DNA of 64,000 nucleotides, from assembly GCA_002753335.1 (NCBI GenBank), contig PEAD01000003.1, forward strand, positions 62,001 to 126,000. Reading direction: 5' to 3'. This stretch comes from Nitrospirae bacterium MYbin3 (GTDB lineage: Bacteria > Nitrospirota > Thermodesulfovibrionia > Thermodesulfovibrionales > Dissulfurispiraceae). The notes below the pieces were generated by a model, which worked only from the letters and a program-made list of their open reading frames with translations, ran no database searches and had not been told where the DNA came from. The stretch's first letter is position 1, and each line of letters opens with the position of its first letter. Both the position numbers and the translations under genes were made by a program. This document shows positions 56,409 to 64,000 of this stretch, piece after piece.

Positions 56409-58094
56409 TTGTCGACTAAATTTATCAACATCAATCCTATATTGACTACAAATTTTCTGAAACATCAGGATTTGTTTTTTTGCATACTGGCAGTATTCAT
56501 TGTCTTTTTCGTTTATGCCAACTCTTTGAATAATGGTTTTGTATGGGATGACACCAATGTTATCGTAACCAATCCGGCGCTAAGAGGACCTGCTTTTGAT
56601 GTATTCAATCGTATTGATAACACACGGGATTATGAAATGCTGCCGTATTATCGACCACTGACGATATTTACATTTATGGTTGAGGAAAGAATGTATGGGT
56701 TGAACCCAGCTTTTATGCATTTAGTTAATATACTGCTTCATTCTATAAATGCATTATTGGTTTATATTCTTGCACGGTCTTTTATAAGCCAAAACTATGT
56801 TGCTTTTCTGGCCAGCCTTTTGTTTGCAGTTCATCCTGTAAACACTGAAACCGTTAATTTCATTGCTGTTCGCAATAATTTATTGAGCTGTTTGTGCGTT
56901 CTTTCTGCATATCTTCTTTGTCGTAAAAGCATTATTGCGGACAGGCTGCACATTGCCTTTGCGGGAGCGAGTTTCTTTATGGCAGGGCTTTTTTCGAAAG
57001 AAACTACTATTATGGTTTTTCCGTTTATTATTGCATTGGAGTTTGCTGCACTTCGCGCTAATGCATTTCGTGCATTTGTGAGGCCGATAGTACGTTTAAT
57101 TCCATATGTTTTTGCATTGATTTTTTATCTTGGCATGCGCTGGCTGACACTTTCAAATCTTGGGATTCAAACAAGTATTATTCCGGGATTTGGAGCAGAA
57201 AAATTGCAGGGTTTTTATAAAATACCGGATTTGTGGTCGCGTCTGTTTGACAATATTTATATAATTCCACGTTATTTAATGACAGTTGTTTGGCCAACAG
57301 CTTTAAGCCCTAGATATTCTATTCCTGAGAGTTTTTCAGATCTTTTTTTGGAGCTCTGTGCTGCGTGGATTTGTATTATTGCGATGCTCTTCTGGCTTAT
57401 GACGCGAGGACGGAGCAAAACCACTATATTCGGTCTTTCATGGCTTATTGCATTCTGGATGCCTGTGAGTGGACTTGTGATGTTCCCAAGTGCACAGATG
57501 GCGGATAGGTATATGTATATTCCTGCTATAGGGGTATGGTTGATAGTTTCGGATCAGATTGGTAGATTGTATTTTTCTGTAAAAGATTCACACAAGTATT
57601 TTATTTCTGTTGTCGTGATTCTGCTTTTGCTTCTTGCCGGTTTAACGGTGAAACGAAATATGGACTGGAAAAGTGATATAACTTTGTTTGGGAGGTTTGT
57701 TGAACAATACCCAAATGATGCTTACAGTCATTTAGGTTTGGGTGATGCCTATTTTGGTGAGCGCAATATTGATAGTCGTTATCTCGATTTAGCCGAACCA
57801 GAATATAAAAAGGCGCTTGCATTGAAACCTGTCCTGCCGGGGGCACATACAAATTTGGGATATATTCGACTGGCAAAAGGAGACTATGAAGGCGCGGTAC
57901 ATTATTACACAATTGCCTTAGGGGGGTACCCTTTAGACAAGGAGGCATTATTGAACAGGGGAATTGCACTCGAAAACCTTGGGAGGCAGAAAGAGGCGGT
58001 TGAAGATTTTAAGAGATTTTTATCTGTTCCAGGTTACGAACTATCAGAGGCGCGGCCGTATGCCGAAGCAAGAATAATAGAACTTACAAAGTGA
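56409..58094 (+). CDS. TMTC-like GT-C glycosyltransferase with TPRs
   Basis: WDD, YYRPLT, HPVNTETVN, SKE, ADRYMY, AHTNLG; start uncertain. Confidence 0.85.
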   Translation: MSTKFININPILTTNFLKHQDLFFCILAVFIVFFVYANSLNNGFVWDDTNVIVTNPALRGPAFDVFNRIDNTRDYEMLPYYRPLTIFTFMVEERMYGLNPAFMHLVNILLHSINALLVYILARSFISQNYVAFLASLLFAVHPVNTETVNFIAVRNNLLSCLCVLSAYLLCRKSIIADRLHIAFAGASFFMAGLFSKETTIMVFPFIIALEFAALRANAFRAFVRPIVRLIPYVFALIFYLGMRWLTLSNLGIQTSIIPGFGAEKLQGFYKIPDLWSRLFDNIYIIPRYLMTVVWPTALSPRYSIPESFSDLFLELCAAWICIIAMLFWLMTRGRSKTTIFGLSWLIAFWMPVSGLVMFPSAQMADRYMYIPAIGVWLIVSDQIGRLYFSVKDSHKYFISVVVILLLLLAGLTVKRNMDWKSDITLFGRFVEQYPNDAYSHLGLGDAYFGERNIDSRYLDLAEPEYKKALALKPVLPGAHTNLGYIRLAKGDYEGAVHYYTIALGGYPLDKEALLNRGIALENLGRQKEAVEDFKRFLSVPGYELSEARPYAEARIIELTK

Positions 58095-58208
58095 TTTATT
58101 TTCTTAGAGGTGGCCCCCAAAGGTTGGACATCTTTAGGGCTGAGTTAAGGTGTAAACCGTAGCCATTCTTCACATGAAACTATATACTATCTAGACAACG
58201 GAACTGAA

Positions 58209-60188
58209 ATGAAAGATGAATTAACGCTTAGTAATGCCCTTCTGGATATTATTCCTGGGATAGCTTTGGTTCTTAAAAAACAGAGCCGCGAGATCGTTTT
58301 TTGCAATGAGGTTGCTCAGCAGATGGGCGCGGTTGTGGGCAAGACCTGCTTCGAGACTATCTGTAAATCTGACGATGCATGCCCTTTCTGCAAAGCCCCT
58401 GACCTATGGGAATCGGGTGAAAGACAGCAGGTTGAAGCCGAATACTTAGGCAGGTTCTGGGAAGGGATATGGCTTCCATACAACGATGATTTTTATCTGC
58501 ATTACCTTTTTGACATAACCGACCGAAAATGGACCGAAGATAAACTTAGAAAGAGCGAAGCTACCGCGCGAACCCTTTTGAATCTGCCAAACGCAGCAGG
58601 ATTTCTTCTCGACCGCAATGGTATTTGTCTGGATACCAATGAAACCTTGGCTAGAAGGCTTTCCAGAAATCGGATGGAGATAATAGGCAAGTTGATATGG
58701 GATTTTTTTCCAAAAGATGTTTCCGAAAGTCGCAAAGCTCATTTTGAACAAGTACTCATGGGGAAAAAGCAAGTTCGTTTTGTGGACGAGCGTCAGGGCA
58801 TGTGGAACGAAGCTGTTGTTACGCCGATACTTGATGATAATGGCGAGGTTGAGGTTGTTACTGTCTTTGGGTTTGATATTACGGAACACAAACGTGCGGA
58901 AGATCAGTTGCGGAATAATTTATATCTTTACAGTACAATCCTGCTTACTGCTATGGATGGTTTTTTGCTTATGGATCTGCAGGGCCGCATACTGGATGTC
59001 AATGAAGCCTATTGCCTTATGAGTTGTTATAGCAAACAAGAACTGCTGTCTATGGGGATTGCCGATCTGGAAGTTATAGAGACACCGGAAGAAGTAGCTG
59101 CACATTCACAGGAAATAATAGGCAAGGGCAAAGGTCGTTTTGAATCTCAGCATAGGCGCAAGGACGGTACAATTTTTGATGTGGAAGTAAGCGTTCAATA
59201 TCAGCCCATTGATAGCGGACGGTTCGTGTCTTTTTTGCGCGACATTACCGAGCGCAAAAAAATCCAGACAGAGCTTAATGATGCCAATGCATTAAATAAA
59301 AGCATAATTGACAACAGCACCGACTGTATCAAGGTTTTGGATCTAGATGGAAGGCTTAAATACATGAGCGTGGGTGGACAGCACCTGCTTGGGATTACTG
59401 ACATATCCAAGTATATAAATATGCGTTACGATAAGTTTTGGGAAGGTGATGATAATAAAAAGGCGATAGATGCTATTGAACAAGCTCTTCAGGGGAGGCA
59501 TGGCAGTTTCATCGGTTTTTGTCCAACGGCGGTCGGCACCCCAAAGTGGTGGGATGTTAATATATCTCCGATCAAAAATGATTCCGGAGCGGTCGAAAAA
59601 CTGCTTGCGACATCACGCGATATAACCGAGCGCAGAAATGTAGAACTCGAACTCGAAAAACACCGCAATAGCCTCGAATCATTGGTTTCTGAGCGTACCG
59701 AGCAGTTGGAGTTGCTAAATAAAAAACTGAACATTGAAATCACCGAGCGCAAACAGGCAGAAAAGGCGCTTGAAGAAACTAACAGCGCACTGAAGGTTCT
59801 TTTAAAGCGTAGAGAGCTAGACAAAATAGAGTTTGAGGAAAAGGTATCGTCAAATATAAAACTTCTTTTAACGCCTCATCTTGAGAAGGCCAAGAAAGCT
59901 ACCAGTAAGCATGATATTAATGTGCATTTAAATATTCTTGAATCCAACATAAAGGAGTTGGTCTCGTCTTTCGCTCTTAAATTGTCGTCAACACAGGTTG
60001 GATTGACCCCCAAAGAAATAGCGGTTGCAGGAATGGTTAGGGAGGGTTATCAAGATAAAAATATAGCTAAAGCATTAAAACTTTCGATATATACGGTCAA
60101 GGTTCACAGGAAGAATCTCAGGAAAAAGCTTGGTATTACAGGGAAAAATGTTAATCTCACCTCTTTTCTCTCCTCAATTAGTGAGTAG
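58209..60188 (+). CDS. Multi-PAS sensor with C-terminal LuxR-type HTH (one-component regulator)
   Basis: Four PAS/PAC units ending DIT(D/E)(R/H)(K/R); LTPKE..VA...TVKVHRKNLRKKLG. Confidence 0.88.
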   Translation: MKDELTLSNALLDIIPGIALVLKKQSREIVFCNEVAQQMGAVVGKTCFETICKSDDACPFCKAPDLWESGERQQVEAEYLGRFWEGIWLPYNDDFYLHYLFDITDRKWTEDKLRKSEATARTLLNLPNAAGFLLDRNGICLDTNETLARRLSRNRMEIIGKLIWDFFPKDVSESRKAHFEQVLMGKKQVRFVDERQGMWNEAVVTPILDDNGEVEVVTVFGFDITEHKRAEDQLRNNLYLYSTILLTAMDGFLLMDLQGRILDVNEAYCLMSCYSKQELLSMGIADLEVIETPEEVAAHSQEIIGKGKGRFESQHRRKDGTIFDVEVSVQYQPIDSGRFVSFLRDITERKKIQTELNDANALNKSIIDNSTDCIKVLDLDGRLKYMSVGGQHLLGITDISKYINMRYDKFWEGDDNKKAIDAIEQALQGRHGSFIGFCPTAVGTPKWWDVNISPIKNDSGAVEKLLATSRDITERRNVELELEKHRNSLESLVSERTEQLELLNKKLNIEITERKQAEKALEETNSALKVLLKRRELDKIEFEEKVSSNIKLLLTPHLEKAKKATSKHDINVHLNILESNIKELVSSFALKLSSTQVGLTPKEIAVAGMVREGYQDKNIAKALKLSIYTVKVHRKNLRKKLGITGKNVNLTSFLSSISE

Positions 60189-60369
60189 TTAATTGGGCTA
60201 ACTATTAGGTCCCCAATTTTTTGTCCTTGTAAAAAAGAAAAAATAAAAGTAGATTATACTGAGCTGTTTCTATCAGAGTTCTCTTTAATTTTATAGCCTG
60301 AAAAGGTTATGGATTGGTAGGGTAGAATTTTGATGAAAAAAGTTATTGCGAGGGTTAAGGGCTGAATCG

Positions 60370-61233
60370 GTGAAAAGAAAATATCTTTTTTTTGCTGCAT
60401 TAATCTTAGCGGTGCTCGCGTGTATAGGCGCTCCTTCTGTTATTCATGCACAGGAGCCCCTTATCCTTGGCTTTCCATCTTTCTTGTCAGCCACAGAATT
60501 GCATAAGCGCTTTGGTCCGCTTGCTGAACATTTAGGCCGCGAGCTGGGCCGGCCGGTTAAAATTCTTAATGAAGGCGACTATGAAGCCCACATGTACAGG
60601 ATAAAGAAGGGCAAGGTGGATATAGCCTTTTTGGGGCCGGCAGCTTATATCGCTTATACCAAAAAATTCGGCAAGGTTCCGTTGCTTGCGGTGTACGAGA
60701 CTGATGGCAAAAAAACTTTCAGAGGCTTTATTGTGGTGAACAAAGCAAGTACTATTACAAAGCTTTCACAACTTAGGGGGAAAAATTTTGCTTTTGGTGA
60801 TGCAAAGTCAACAATGGGGCATATACTGCCGCGCTATATCATGATGAGGTCCGGAATTGAGGTTAAACATCTCGGCAGACATGAGTTTCTTGGCAATCAT
60901 GAGAATATTGCTTTGGGGGTGTTATCCGGAAAGTTTGATGCAGGAGCTGTTAGAGAGGATATCTACAATACATACTCTAAAGAGGGTCTGAATGTTTTGG
61001 CAATAAGCGAGCCGATGCCTGATCATCTTTTTGTTGCGCGCCCCGGACTACAGTACAAGACGGTTAGCAAAGTCACTAAAATTCTTGTTTCTCTCAAGGA
61101 TACAGAGGATGGGCGCAAGATTCTCAGAAGCATGCAGAAGAACCTTACCGCCCTTATTGCTGGCAGTGATAAGGACTATGATTCATTGCGGGAAATTATC
61201 GATTACCTTGCAAAGGCCGGAGTTAAACTGTGA
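60370..61233 (+). CDS. PhnD-like phosphate/phosphonate substrate-binding protein
   Basis: Signal peptide; AFGDAKSTMG, GKFDAGA motifs. Confidence 0.82.
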   Translation: MKRKYLFFAALILAVLACIGAPSVIHAQEPLILGFPSFLSATELHKRFGPLAEHLGRELGRPVKILNEGDYEAHMYRIKKGKVDIAFLGPAAYIAYTKKFGKVPLLAVYETDGKKTFRGFIVVNKASTITKLSQLRGKNFAFGDAKSTMGHILPRYIMMRSGIEVKHLGRHEFLGNHENIALGVLSGKFDAGAVREDIYNTYSKEGLNVLAISEPMPDHLFVARPGLQYKTVSKVTKILVSLKDTEDGRKILRSMQKNLTALIAGSDKDYDSLREIIDYLAKAGVKL

Positions 61234-63392
61234 AGCCTTTCAGTAATACGCGTGTATTATGTATTTTCATCGTTGTTCTTTTCTGCTTTCTCTCTCTTAC
61301 GGCTTTACTGGTAGCGTATCAGCAGAAGGAGATTATGCGTAAAAACGCATATCGGGATATCGTTGAAGACAGTGAAATTATGGCATCTGCCTTGCTCGAA
61401 TCGATTCTTAAATCCGATTATGTTACTATTCGCACCATTGTTAAAGAAATGAGCAAGAAGCGCAATGAATTCCATGAGATAAGGGTGACATCGCCAAACG
61501 GCTTTGAAATTGCCGGTTATAAAAATAATAGGGTAACAGAAGGCGAAACCTATTCTGTAAATAAAGAAGTGATGTTTGAGCAGAAAAAGCTTGCAACTAT
61601 ATTTCTTCATGGCGACTACCATAGTGTCGATATTATGGTAGATCAGCTAAGGAACAGATTAATCTTTGCAGGCGTGGCAATTACTTTAATGCTAGGCTCA
61701 GCACTTTGGTTTTTGTTCCGTTATATGGCTATTGAGCCGCTTGAACAAACTGTAAATAACCGTACACAGGCCCTTTTGTATGCAAATAAAAAGCTTCAAA
61801 ATGAGATTGAAGAGCGTAACACTATACAGCAGAAGCTTATAGCAAGTGAGAATCGTTTTAAATATCTGATTTCGAAATCTCCCGCTATCATATATACCTG
61901 CAAGCCTGATGATGAAATGACCGTAACTTTTGTAAGCGAGAATGCCAAATCAATTTTAGGATATGAACCTCAGGTTTTTCTGTCTGATAATAAATTCTGG
62001 TCAGGCCGCGTTCATCCTGAAGATACTCCGAGATTTATGTCCGAATTAAGGGATGTGTTGTCCAAGGGCGGACATAGCCAGGAATACCGTTTTCTACACA
62101 GCGACGGATCGTACCGCTGGATTCGTGACGATATGATACTTGCATGCGCTGAATCAGGCGAACCTGTTGAAATACTTGGGTCATGCATCGATATCACAGA
62201 ACACAAAAAAATTGAAGAACAGCTCAGGCAGTCACAGAAAATGGAATCTATAGGAACGCTTGCAGGCGGCGTTGCACATGATTTCAATAATACACTGACA
62301 GCAATTATAAGCTATGGCACGCTTGCAAAAAGGCGCATAGACAATGACGAGACAACCCTTGAGTATATAAACGAGATGCTTAATGGAGCAAAGCGTGCTG
62401 CAGACCTGACGCAGAGCCTCCTTGCCTTCAGCAGAAAACAGATAATAAGCCCCAAGCTCCAGAACCTTAACAGCATAGTGGCCAATATGGAAAAGATGCT
62501 GCGCAGGATTATAGGAGAAGACATAAAATTCAGAGCTGTTCTTGACAGCAGAGATATTAATGTAAAGGTTGATACGGCGCAGATAGATCAGGTGCTTCTG
62601 AACCTTGTGACCAATGCCCGTGATGCTATGCCTGATGGCGGCGACCTTATTATAGAAACGAATATTGTGAATAACTGCTCCGAAGTGAATCTTTTAAAAA
62701 GCTCAGGGATCTGTGCGGTGTTGAGCGTATCTGATACAGGCAGGGGCATTGACCAGCATGCAATAGATAATATCTTTGAACCATTTTTTACCACAAAGGA
62801 GGTCGGCAAGGGCACCGGCCTTGGGTTGTCAATAGTTTACGGCATAGTAAAACAGCATGGCGGTGAGATAGCGGTTGAGAGCAAGATCGGCAAAGGCACA
62901 ACTTTTAAAATATATCTGCCTTTAGTGGATGCTGAAGGTGATGAGGAAGAGTCCGAGGCTGATATGCAGGCTCCCTTGGGAAAGGGCGAGACGATTTTGT
63001 TGGCGGATGATGATGCCGGCGTCAGAAAGGTTGTAAATCTGCATCTTACGATGAGCGGGTATAAGGTTATAGAGGCAGAAAACGGTGAAGAAGCTGTATC
63101 TAAATATATCGGAAATTTTCTTGAAAACAAGGAATGGGTGGACCTTCTTCTCATAGATGTGATTATGCCTGTCAAAAACGGTAGGGATGCATACGAAGAG
63201 ATTAAGACGATCAATCCTGATATAAAGGCTATTTTTATGAGCGGCTATACCGACGATATAATTTCGCAAAAAGGGATAGTTCAGGGAGGCTTTAATTTTA
63301 TGTCAAAACCCCCTGACCACGATGAACTGCTGAGAAAGATAAGAACGGTATTGGACAGGCATGACACTGCGTGTACTGCCTTGGGAGCATAA
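61230..63392 (+). CDS. Membrane hybrid sensor histidine kinase (PAS-HisKA-HATPase-REC)
   Basis: Two TM segments, PAS, AHDFNN H-box, NARDAM, DTG.G, GTGLGL, REC domain. Confidence 0.93.
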   Translation: MKPFSNTRVLCIFIVVLFCFLSLTALLVAYQQKEIMRKNAYRDIVEDSEIMASALLESILKSDYVTIRTIVKEMSKKRNEFHEIRVTSPNGFEIAGYKNNRVTEGETYSVNKEVMFEQKKLATIFLHGDYHSVDIMVDQLRNRLIFAGVAITLMLGSALWFLFRYMAIEPLEQTVNNRTQALLYANKKLQNEIEERNTIQQKLIASENRFKYLISKSPAIIYTCKPDDEMTVTFVSENAKSILGYEPQVFLSDNKFWSGRVHPEDTPRFMSELRDVLSKGGHSQEYRFLHSDGSYRWIRDDMILACAESGEPVEILGSCIDITEHKKIEEQLRQSQKMESIGTLAGGVAHDFNNTLTAIISYGTLAKRRIDNDETTLEYINEMLNGAKRAADLTQSLLAFSRKQIISPKLQNLNSIVANMEKMLRRIIGEDIKFRAVLDSRDINVKVDTAQIDQVLLNLVTNARDAMPDGGDLIIETNIVNNCSEVNLLKSSGICAVLSVSDTGRGIDQHAIDNIFEPFFTTKEVGKGTGLGLSIVYGIVKQHGGEIAVESKIGKGTTFKIYLPLVDAEGDEEESEADMQAPLGKGETILLADDDAGVRKVVNLHLTMSGYKVIEAENGEEAVSKYIGNFLENKEWVDLLLIDVIMPVKNGRDAYEEIKTINPDIKAIFMSGYTDDIISQKGIVQGGFNFMSKPPDHDELLRKIRTVLDRHDTACTALGA

Positions 63393-63394
63393 AC

Positions 63395-64000
63395 TTGCAG
63401 ATTGCCGGTTATAAAATAAATAACAAAATTCAGGAAGACGCTCAAAGCATTATCTGCCGAGGTTATAGAGAATACGACAATAGGCCGGTGCTTTTTAAGA
63501 TCGGGAAAAAGCAGCACAGCAGCAATGTTTCTTCTGATGGCATTTATAAATCGTATGAACTTTCGAAGAATCTTGATATTGATGGAATCTTGAAGCCGTA
63601 TGCTGTTGAGTGGCAGAGCGGGGTATCAGCTCTTGTGCTTGAAGATTTCGACGGCAGGCTTTTAAAGAATGCTGTCTCTGATAAATTCTTTGATACAAAA
63701 TCATTTCTGAAAACAGCGATAAATTTGTGTGACGCGCTTTCTTCAATCCATAACCACGACATTATTCATGGCGTCATTAAATCCTCGAATATCTTCATTA
63801 ACCAGGATCTCGGCAATGTAAAGTTTGTTGACCTGGGCCTTGCGATGCTTTTTCAGCGCGGAACACAGATACCGCGCTCCTATTATCCTGTGCTTGGCAC
63901 TGCGGATTATGTGTCGCCCGAGCAGACCGGACGGGTTGACTATCTTGTGGACAGCCGCACAGACCTGTATTCTCTCGGCATAATCTTTTACGAAATGCTT
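63395..64000 (+). CDS. Ser/Thr protein kinase-like domain (partial; probable N-terminus of a kinase-AAA-sensor fusion)
   Basis: Open frame from TTG 63395 (RBS GGGAG) to window end: LVLEDFDG, IIHGVIKSSNI, VDLGLA, YVSPEQTGR, TDLYSLG. Confidence 0.85.
   Translation, partial: MQIAGYKINNKIQEDAQSIICRGYREYDNRPVLFKIGKKQHSSNVSSDGIYKSYELSKNLDIDGILKPYAVEWQSGVSALVLEDFDGRLLKNAVSDKFFDTKSFLKTAINLCDALSSIHNHDIIHGVIKSSNIFINQDLGNVKFVDLGLAMLFQRGTQIPRSYYPVLGTADYVSPEQTGRVDYLVDSRTDLYSLGIIFYEML

Noticed and set aside
63495..63762. Short minus-strand ORFs at the window end
   Set aside because: Antisense to the plus-strand kinase-like frame, which the track omitted because it has no stop within the window.
1..64000. 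CRISPR arrays, tRNA/rRNA genes, prophage
   Set aside because: None recognised by eye; intergenic spaces are short and lack repeat-spacer periodicity. No covariance-model search could be run.

Overview
This is a bacterial window, probably from an anaerobic Nitrospirota (Thermodesulfovibrionia-like) or Desulfobacterota-like genome; the taxonomy is inferred from gene content only. 1-8.9 kb holds housekeeping genes (hydrogenase maturation protease, DUF3786, NUDIX, TPR/peptidase, thiD, MCP-cheW, radA, lipoproteins). 9-19.1 kb is a type II secretion cluster (gspEFHIJKLM, a C-like gene, inverted gspD, gspG). 19.3-29.5 kb is an operon behind a sigma54-type promoter, encoding an NHL/BACON/FG-GAP surface protein and three secreted multiheme c-cytochromes (5 + 27 + 12 = 44 heme-binding motifs by hand count). 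29.6-58.1 kb is a glyco-modification island: one ArnT/PMT-like and five TMTC-like GT-C glycosyltransferases, a Dpm1-like GT2, a GT9, five radical SAM enzymes (three B12-type), three class I methyltransferases, SGNH-TPR, an SxtK/DUF5989 small protein, ResB, a toxin-antitoxin pair and IS remnants. 58.2-64 kb encodes signalling proteins. Two observations stand out. (1) 32 of the 37 Asp-Asn dipeptides in the three cytochromes are D-N-x-S/T, against 0 of 3 in the co-transcribed NHL protein. This suggests a non-canonical glycosylation sequon served by the adjacent GT-C/radical-SAM island. (2) Both cytochrome gene boundaries fall in the middle of heme repeats, which suggests a three-subunit continuous heme wire, possibly exported by the T2SS and glycosylated.
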